Shown one piece after another: positions 55,226-64,000 of a stretch of DNA of 64,000 nucleotides. Position 1 is the first letter of the stretch. Each line of letters begins with the position of its first letter. The translations under genes were made by a program, and so were the position numbers. The DNA is from Octopus vulgaris. Lineage: Eukaryota. The stretch is from the NCBI GenBank assembly GCA_951406725.2, contig OX597840.1, forward strand, positions 15,624,001-15,688,000, read 5' to 3'. Under the pieces are notes generated by a model. It worked only from the letters and a program-made list of their open reading frames with translations. It did no database searches and was not told where the DNA came from.

Positions 55226-56184
55226 TATATAGGTATGTCTTATTCTTTCATTCTTTTACACATTTTAGCCCTAAGACTGTGGCCATGCTGGAGCACCATC
55301 ACCGTGTGTGTGTGTGTGTGTGCATGTGTGTCTGTGTTTTTGTGGCTATCCCCCGCCACCACTTCATAATCAGTGTTGGTGTGTTTGTGTCCCTATAACG
55401 TAGCAGTTTGGTAAAAGAGACCAATAAAACAAGTACCAGGTTTTAGAAAAAACACTAAATACTGGGGACAGTTCATTCAATTAAAAATTCTTCAAGGTGG
55501 TGCCCCAGCATGACCACAGTCTAATGACTAAAACCAGTAAATAGTAAAAGATATGGTATTAAAATGATGAGGATGATGATAATGATGATGATGGTCAAAA
55601 TTGTTTTATAAATTGAAATTGTGACAAAGTTACTATTTTTGTCATACCGGAACTCCGTCGGTTACAACTAAAAGGGTTGATGTGACCTATTGAACGATCT
55701 ACTTATGAAATTAACATGCTAGTAGCTGAGTACTCCACAGACACATGTACTCCTAATGTAGTTCTTCTCTCAGGGAGATTCAGCATCACACACATATAGG
55801 CATAGGAGTGGCTGTGTGGTAAGTAGCTTGCTTACCGACCACATGGTTCTGGGTTCAGTCACACTCCATGGAACCTCGGGCAAGTGTCTTCTACTATAGA
55901 CCAAAGCCTTGTGAGTGGATTTGGTAGATGGAAACTGAAAGAAGCCTTATATACATGTATGTGTGTGTGTATATGTTTGTATCTTTGTGTTTGTCCCCCC
56001 AACATCACTTGAGAACCAATGCTGGTGTGTTTACGTCCCTGTAACTTAGCGGTTTGACAAAAGAGACCGATACAATAAGTACTAGGCTTAGAAAGAATAA
56101 GTCCTGGGGTTGATTTGCTCGACTAAAGACAGTGCTCCAGCATGGCCACAGTCAAATGACTGAAACAAGTAAAAGACATATATT

Positions 56185-56400
56185 AGAGTCAATGTAGCAA
56201 AGACCAAAGTTCTAGTAAGTAGGAAGGCAAACACACCACACACCCTTTCAGGTAGGTGGCCCTGCTCAATCTGTAGAAAAGGTGTAGGTAGAAACTCCAT
56301 AAGATGTACCCAGGTGCAGTCTCCTGGCTTCTCATACCCCAGTCGAACCGTCCAACCCATGCTAGCATGGAAAACGGACATTAAACAATGATGATGATGA
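56185..56400 (+). mobile_element. RTE fragment: ORF piece fused by deletion to the 3' terminus
   Basis: RVNVAKTKVLVSRK...GRWPCSICRKGVGRNSIRCT is followed directly by gaaccgtccaacccatgctagcatgg...(gat)n. Confidence 0.8.
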
Positions 56401-56401
56401 T

Positions 56402-56432
<31 letters not shown>

Positions 56433-56994
56433 ATAGGCGCAGGCACCACATGGTTCCAGGTTCAATCCTACTGCATGGCACCTTGAGCATATGTTTCCTA
56501 CAACAGCCTCAAGCCAACCAAAGCTTCATGAGTGGACTCGGTAGACTGAAACTGAAAGAAGCCCATCGTGTGTGTGTGTATTTCCTCACCACTGCTTGAC
56601 TTAGCAGTTTGGCAGGACAGACCGATAGAATAAGTACCAGGCTTTACAGAAAATAGTGACCACTGGGGTCAATTCCTTTGACTAGAATTCTTGATGGTGA
56701 CCCCCCCCAGCATACAGAGTATTATTATACAAACAATACGAATAACCATGATAACAAACTTCATGTACAGATCAGACAGTATAAACTGCTTCTTATGTTT
56801 ATTCTACACTTTCCAATATGTTGTGCATATGTTCACAGGAGTGTGTGTGTGTGTGTGTGTGCATGTACTCTTGTATTGCCATCACATGATGAGTGTAAAA
56901 GAGAGAGTCCTATAAGTGATATGAGCACCAACCTTTGCTGGTAGCAGAGAACAACCAGGTGAGACTCATATAGGATGTGCCAATATACACAGAT

Positions 56995-57300
56995 GGAGGT
57001 GCAATGGCCCAGTGGTTAGGGCAGCAGACTCGCTGTTGGAGGATCATGATTTCGATTCCCAGACCAGGCATTGTGTGTGTTTATTGAACGAAAACACCTA
57101 AAGCTCCACGAGGCTCCAGCAGAGGCAGGGCGACTCCTGTTGTACTCTTTCACCCCGACTTTCTCTCACTCCTTCTTCCTGTTTCTTGGGTAATGCTGCA
57201 ATGGACTGGCATTCCATCCAGCTGGGGGGAACACATACGCCACAGAAACCGGGAAACCAGGCCCATGAGCCTGGCTGGGCTTGAAAAGGGCAAAGATGGA
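56995..57300 (+). mobile_element. tRNA-derived SINE family E with a long (ATA)n tail
   Basis: TGGCCCAGTGGTTAGGGCA A-box, TTTCGATTCCC B-box-like, ends GAAAAGGGCAAAGATGGA then (ATA)n to 57681. Confidence 0.8.
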
Positions 57301-57344
57301 ATAATAATAATAATAATGATAATAATAATAATAATGATAATAAT

Positions 57345-57377
<33 letters not shown>

Positions 57378-57642
57378 TATGATATTAATAATAATAATAA
57401 TCATAATAATAATAATAATCAAAATAATAATAATAATAATCATCATAATAATAATAATAATAATCATAATAATAATAATCATAATAATAATCATAATAAT
57501 AATAATAATAATAATCATAATAATAATAATAATAATAATCATAATAATAATAATCATAATAATAATAATCATAATAATAATAATAATAATCATAATAATA
57601 ATAATCATAATAATAATAATCATAATAATAATAATAGTAATC

Positions 57643-57681
<39 letters not shown>

Positions 57682-57682
<1 letters not shown>

Positions 57683-60600
57683 ACCGGGGGACGGAGATAC
57701 ACCGGGGGACGTTTAAGACGTAAGAAGGATAAAACAGAGCTCTGAAATCTATCCACAAACATCGAAAACAAGGACATCGTATGGAGCCAAAGATTTACTA
57801 ACAAAGGATTGGACTGTATCCGAGTAAGTAATACTAATTGAAATTTATTACTATTTTCGAAACGAAATGATGTATTTTGACTCGATATCATCTCCACCTC
57901 TAACACAACACATGTAAACATGCGTGGAACATTACAATCCACCAACACCAGATCATCCCCGACCCCAAACACCATGTACAAAGGAACTACGAAGAAATTA
58001 AATGCCGCCGATATTATTCAACCCAAGAATAACAATCGAGAGGTACGTACTTTAAACTTACAACACAAAATTTACGAAAAACTACACGTGCAAAACAATG
58101 TGACAACAGAAATGAACGGACCTGTACCCTACGAAAATGACGACCATCAAAATAATGGGCCGGACGTTGTTCCTCATGTCCCACAAATAAAACCCAAAAG
58201 ACATAAATGGACACGTGAGGAATACATTTCTATCTTACACGCATACTTCACAGCAGTGCTCTACCCAAAAAGTGAAAACACAACAACACATACATATAAA
58301 ATATGGAAGGAAAATAACATAAATATAGACTTGGATACAGCAATGAACCCTAATAAATTAGCTAACGTACGAAGATACATTCTCAACGCAAAAAAAATAT
58401 CAGAAATAGAAATAGAACATCTAAAAGAAAAAATACACCAGGAAAAGGTAGATAGAAGCCACACAACAATGCCCAATAATATAAACACTGAAACAGTAAA
58501 ACACAAAGACAAACGTAACATTCCCAACAAACACGATGTAAACAAAAAACAACAAACCCAGACTGTAAGGATGCATAATAATACACGACAAACAGCAAGC
58601 CAAAACACGGCAAACAAACATATAAATAAGAAAGAAAGCGACACAAAGCTAAAACCTGGAAACAATGAAGGGGAGCCTAATGATTATGATAATATAAAAA
58701 GTAAAATAATCAAAGAACTGAAAACCACAGAGCTCAAAATGGACCACTGACCTCCCAAGAATCAAAATAGACGAAACAACAACACCAATTATAAACAGCA
58801 TAAACCTAGCCGTCACGGAACTAATAGCCACTGAAACAAAAAGCGATATCACTGAGCTAAATGACTTAGTATACGCAGCAGCCACTGCAGCCACAAAAGT
58901 AGCTGGATACTCACTTAAACCCATCCAAACAGGAGTACCACCACCCAAACAAACCCTGTGGATAAATAACATCCAAAACAAAATACAAAAAATGAGAAAA
59001 GATCTGTCGATTCTTAATGAAATCAGTAGACAATCAACGCTGCTGAGCAACAAAAAGAAAACAAAAATATTCTGCAAATATAACATCACAGAAAAAGATT
59101 TACCTGAGATAAAAGAAAAGCTGAAGCAAGATATCCTTGCCGAAGCACAAAGGATCCGCTGGTACGAGAAACGCCAGCGCTTCTTTGAACAAAACAAAAA
59201 GTCCAACCCCAAAAAGTTCTACCAAGAACTTGGCAAAAATAAAATAGAAATCACTGCAGCACCAACGGCAGAAGAAGTGGAAGAATTCTGGAGAGAAATA
59301 TGGTCGGCGAATGAACAACCAAAAAAAAGGAGTATCAAAACAACAAACTCAGCATCTGAGCAACTTTGGACCCCCATAACAACTGAAGAGGTCACCCAGG
59401 TACTGCAAAGATTAAGCAACTGGAAGGCACCTGGGCATGACAAGATCCCCAACTTCTGGTTGAAATATCTAACAAGCACCTGGTTGAACAAGCACCTGGA
59501 CGAAAACAACCTGTTCCCAGAAGAGCAGAAAGGATGCCGCAAAGGCTCATATGGCTGTAAAGATCAACTAATGATTAATAAAGCCATAACTGAAGACAGC
59601 CACAGAAAGAAGAAAGGCCTCAGTATGGCCTGGATCAACTACAAAAAGGCGTTTGATAGCATCCCTCACACATGGATCCTCGAAACACTAGCCATTAACA
59701 AAGTAGCACCAACAATCATAAAATTCATCGGGCACTCTATGAATAAATGGCAAACAGTGCTACAGCTCCAAACAAAAGAGGGACTCATGAAAATCAAAGC
59801 CATCCCCATTAGAAGAGGAATATTCCAGGGAGACACGCTCTCTCCACTCCTTTTCTGCTTGGCACTGTCACCTCTATCTGATATGCTAAATAGAACTGGA
59901 TGTGGATATAAATGTTACGGCAAAACGATCAGCCACCTTTTATATATGGATGACCTAAAACTATACGCTGCAAATGACAAACAGCTGGAAACACTATTAA
60001 AGACAGTTCATGGATTTACCAAAGAAATAGATATGAAATTTGGATTAGAAAAATGCGCCAAAGTAACCATGAAAAGAGGAAAACTAGTTAAGAGTAGTAA
60101 CATCACACTAGATAAAACCAATGAAATGAAAGAATTAGACCAAAGCCAAACTTACAAATACTTAGGAATCCATGAACTAGATAAGACACAACACACACAA
60201 ATGAAAGAGAAAATAAAAAAAGAATATTATAGACGAGTTAGATCAATACTAAAAATAGAGCTCAATGCTAAAAACAAGATAATAGGTATTAACACTTTAG
60301 CTGTCCCAGTTATAAGTTACAGCTACAATATCCTTAACTGGACACTAAATGAACTGACCAAAATAGATAGGAAAACAAGAAAAATAATGACAGGATCTAG
60401 GATGCATCACCCAAAATCTGACATAGAAAGACTATATATACAACGTATAGAAGGTGGTAGAGGCCTTATACAACTGGAAAACTACTATAAAATAATCACC
60501 ATAGGACTGATACAAATAGCGGCAAAACACGAGCAAAACAAAAAACTGTTCTCAGTATTTAAGGAAGCTGACAAATACAAACAAGAAATCATACCACCTA

Positions 60601-61571
60601 ATAAATATGAAGAAGAAGAAGAAGAAGAAGAAGATGAAGAAACAACAAAAGCTATAAAACAAATGAAATCCAAACTAAAAATAGAACAGCAACGAACCAT
60701 GATAAAACGATGGCAAGAAAAGCCCCTTCATGGTAAATACTGGACTAAACTAAATGCAAAAGAAATAGACAAAGAAAAATCCCAGTAATGGTTGAGAAGC
60801 TCAGGACTCAAAGCAGAGACAGAGGGATTTTTAATTGCAGCACAAGACTAAAGCCTCCCCACCAGAAATTACCAAAAACAGGTAATGAAAAGAAATATAA
60901 CAAGTAACTGCAGAATATGTGGAGATGGACAAGAAACAATAAATCATATTATCTCTAGCTGCCCAGTCCTGGCTAAGAAGGAATATATTCACAGACATGA
61001 CAGAGTAGGAACCTACATACACTGTAAGCTATGCCAACATTATGGAATAACAACAGAAGAAAGATGGTATAGGCACACACCAGAAAAGGTCACAGAAAAC
61101 GAGAAAGCAACCATACTCTGGGATATGCCGATACACACAGATAGAGAAATTAAGGCCAACAGACCAGATATAGTTGTCAGAGATCATGAAGAAAAAAATG
61201 CTTTCTAATTGATGTATCAATACCGGCAGATGACAACGTGTCTCTAAAAGAAATGGAGAAACTCTCAAAATACAAAGACCTGGAAACAGAGGTAACCAGA
61301 ATGTGGAATCTAAAAACAGAAACAATTCCTATCATAGTAGGTGCATTAGGCATGATAAAAAAATATTCATACAAATACATAACAAAAACACCAGGACTTA
61401 CAAACACATATAACATACAGAAAATTGCACTACTAGGCACTGCACACATCCTACGCAGAACACTTTCCATACAATAACCATCAGAGCATCACAACAAATC
61501 ACAGCACATACCTAAGGCACACAGAGCTGCGCTCAGTAGTGAAGTGAAAGCACGTTATAAAAATAAAACTA

Positions 61572-61574
<3 letters not shown>
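57682..61574 (+). mobile_element. Near-full-length R4/Dong-clade non-LTR retrotransposon (RT + CCHC + restriction-like endonuclease), defective
   Basis: N-terminal KWTREEYISILHAY; RT motifs NWKAPGHD, EQKGCR, YKKAFDSIPH, IFQGDTLSP, YMDD; KPLHGKY; CRIC..ETINHIISSC..RHD; RPDIVV...IDVSIP...KEMEKLSKYKDL. (AAT)n on both sides. Stops at 60786 and 60849, frameshifts near 58748 and 61200. Confidence 0.92.
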
Positions 61575-61610
<36 letters not shown>

Positions 61611-61762
61611 CATAATAATAATTATAATAATAATAATAATAATAATAATAAAACTACTGAATAATAATAATAATAATTATAATAATAATAATAATAATAT
61701 AATAATAATAATCATAATAATAATAATAATCATAAGAATAATAATAATAATAATAATAATAA
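61575..61762. repeat. (AAT)n array containing a second copy of the element terminus aataaaactactg (~61647-61659)
   Basis: Direct reading. Confidence 0.9.
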
Positions 61763-62353
61763 TGCAAAAAATAAGAAAACAGAAAAAAGAAAAAGTAGAT
61801 GAATATGAAATGACTTGAGGGGGTTGATAGCAATTGTTGGGAGGGGGTGAGAGGGGTAAGTGTGGGAGAAATAAAGATAAAAACAAAATATGGTAAATCA
61901 ATAGAAACGGAACCAGACCAAAGAGAATGGATTTATTTCAAGATCATCGTTATTGTTTTTTTTTTCTGTTGTTGCTGTTTCTATTATAAGGAGGATAAAT
62001 ATGTGTATGTATACACATAAGACAAATATGTGTATGTATATGTATGTATGTATAGATGTGTGTGTGTGCATGTTGATCTCGTCAATGCTTATCTGAGTGT
62101 TGCTGTTCAGTGATCTGCTGCTGCTTGTCTATCTCTATATAAAATTTCGGTACAACCAAACTGAACAGAAGTGTTTAGTGTGGTAATGTAAATTGGAAGG
62201 GTGGGTGGAGTTTGGTGGTGGAGGCTAAAGAACTAGGGCAGGAGGACATTTTATCATTGTAGAATTATGTCTGAGATCTAAATTCTTGTACAGTTCATTG
62301 GAACATTGGAGAGTAACATAAGACATTCTTAGCAACACCAAGATATATATTGA

Positions 62354-63201
62354 CCTGTCTGTTACCATATTTCTGTTGAGATGCTCTGTGTTTCTTTTGA
62401 TTAATTTTAAATATAACAAAAAATTTAGTAAAATAAGTTTGTTATCATTAAGTTAGTGTTAGGAACATAAATTGTGACTAGGGTTTGGTGGAAGATTTTA
62501 ATTCAGAACTTTTGAAGACAAGACATTTTGTACTACAGAGCCAGAGGCTGTTTCAGCCGGGTTGGTATCAAAAGGGTTAAGGATTTTTAAAACTTTTTAC
62601 TTGTTTCAATCATTTGACTGTGGTCATGCTGGAGCACCACCGTTAGTCAAGCAAATTGACCCCAGGACTTATTCTTTGTAAGCTAGTATTTATTCTATTG
62701 GTCTCTTTTGCCGAACCCCTAAGTTATGAGGACATAAACACACCAGCATTGGTTGTCAAGCGATGTTGGGGGTACAAACACAGACACACAAACATACATA
62801 CATATATATATACATATATACGATGGGCTTCTTTCAGTTTCCGTCTACCAAATCCACTCACAAGGCTTTGGTCAGCCTGAGGCTATAGTAGAAGACACTT
62901 GCCTAAGTGTGCCATGCAGTGGGACTGAACCCAGAACCATGTGGTTGGTGAGCAAGCTACTTACCACACAGCCACTCCTGTACCTAATTGTTTCTCTATT
63001 ATATATTTTAACCCTTTTGTTGCCATATTTCTGTTGAGATGCTCTGTGTTTCTTTCAATTAACTTTAAATATAACAAATTAAATAAAATAACTTAGTTAT
63101 CATTAAGCTAGTGTTAGGAACATAAAATGTGAGTTAGGTTTGGTGGAAGATTTTAATTCAGAACTTTTGAGGCAGTTTCAAGCGAGTTGGTACCAAAAGG
63201 G
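62354..63201. mobile_element. Two piggyBac-like MITEs (~62354-62576, 63012-63201) flanking a SINE A
   Basis: TTAA-CCCTTTTG...CAAAAGGG-TTAA for the second copy. Related reverse copies near 10070-10222 and 38340-38505. Confidence 0.75.
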
Positions 63202-64000
63202 TTAAATGGCTAGAAGTTGAAAGAGATTTGACTGCTATTTCAAGCAGGTCATGCCACTGTAAAGAGGCTCCATTATTGTCATTTGAAGGCTACTTACCAT
63301 ATAGTACAGATGTAATGAATCAAAGCCAAACTGGGTTTTATACAACAATAAAAAATAACATTCTATGTTGCATAAATCCTGAAACCACACAGAAGTTATG
63401 GGGACCAATGTTAAAATTTCAATTGCTATTCATTCGATCAAGGGTAAGAAAATTATCATCAAAATTATTATCATCTTGATTATTATTATCAAAATTATTT
63501 TCAAAATTATTATCATCATGAGGTGCAGGTGTGGCTTGTGTAGTAAAAAGTTTGTTCCCCAACCACATGGTTCTGGGTTCAGTTCCACTGCATGGTACCT
63601 TGGGCAAATGCTTTCTGCTATAGCCTCAGGCCAAGCAAAGCCTTGTGAGTGATTTTGTAGATGGAAACTGAATGACGTCTGTTGTGTTTGTGTGTTTGTG
63701 TCCCACTGCTGCTTGACAGCCAGTGTTGGTTTGTTTGCATCCCCATAACTTAGCGGCAAAAGAAACTGGGAATAAGAACCAGGCTTTAAAAAAGAAGAAT
63801 GTTATTTTGTAGTTTAGTGACATCAAACTTCCTCAAATCTCAAGAGACTCTCTTAGGATTCTTGTGGAATGCAGGCTGGCATTTTTCAACAAAACAAATC
63901 TTAATTCTGATTTCCTTCAGGCTCTTGGTTTGGGTGTTGTGCCAAATGTGCCAATTACCACAAGAATAATTGTCATCTTAGTCTTCATCCCTGATATTTC

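Noticed and set aside
56995-57065. Functional tRNA gene (also 42245 and SINE A/B/C heads)
   Set aside because: Imperfect cloverleaf continuing into SINE body and tail, so treated as SINE heads.
57150-57981. Poly-Ile/Tyr ORFs
   Set aside because: Translations of the (ATA)n SINE tail.

Overview
AT-rich, microsatellite-dense eukaryotic genomic DNA. The repeat content suggests a coleoid cephalopod (Octopus-like); that assignment is an inference. Only one host coding exon is supportable: a 170-nt exon (1388-1557, +) encoding the end of a synaptotagmin-7-like C2A domain. I found no following C2B exon, so the remaining ~62 kb probably lies in one very large intron. The rest is nested mobile DNA: at least five tRNA-derived SINE families, RTE and CR1/L2 LINE pieces, a near-full-length R4/Dong-type restriction-like-endonuclease retrotransposon in an (AAT)n array (plus two more Dong-type pieces and a CRE-type piece), and mariner/Tc1, hAT, piggyBac-like and Helitron/Helentron-like elements. 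The most interesting signal not explained by ORFs is a set of minimal type-I hammerhead ribozyme folds inside fold-back (Penelope pLTR-like) repeats. One has a fully canonical core (52206-52298). One family has a compensatory G3:C8 core swap, present twice in a palindrome (54905-55188). Almost all long ORFs in the track are microsatellite artefacts. Repeat boundaries were read by eye and are approximate (about +/-10-20 nt) unless a TIR or splice site is quoted.
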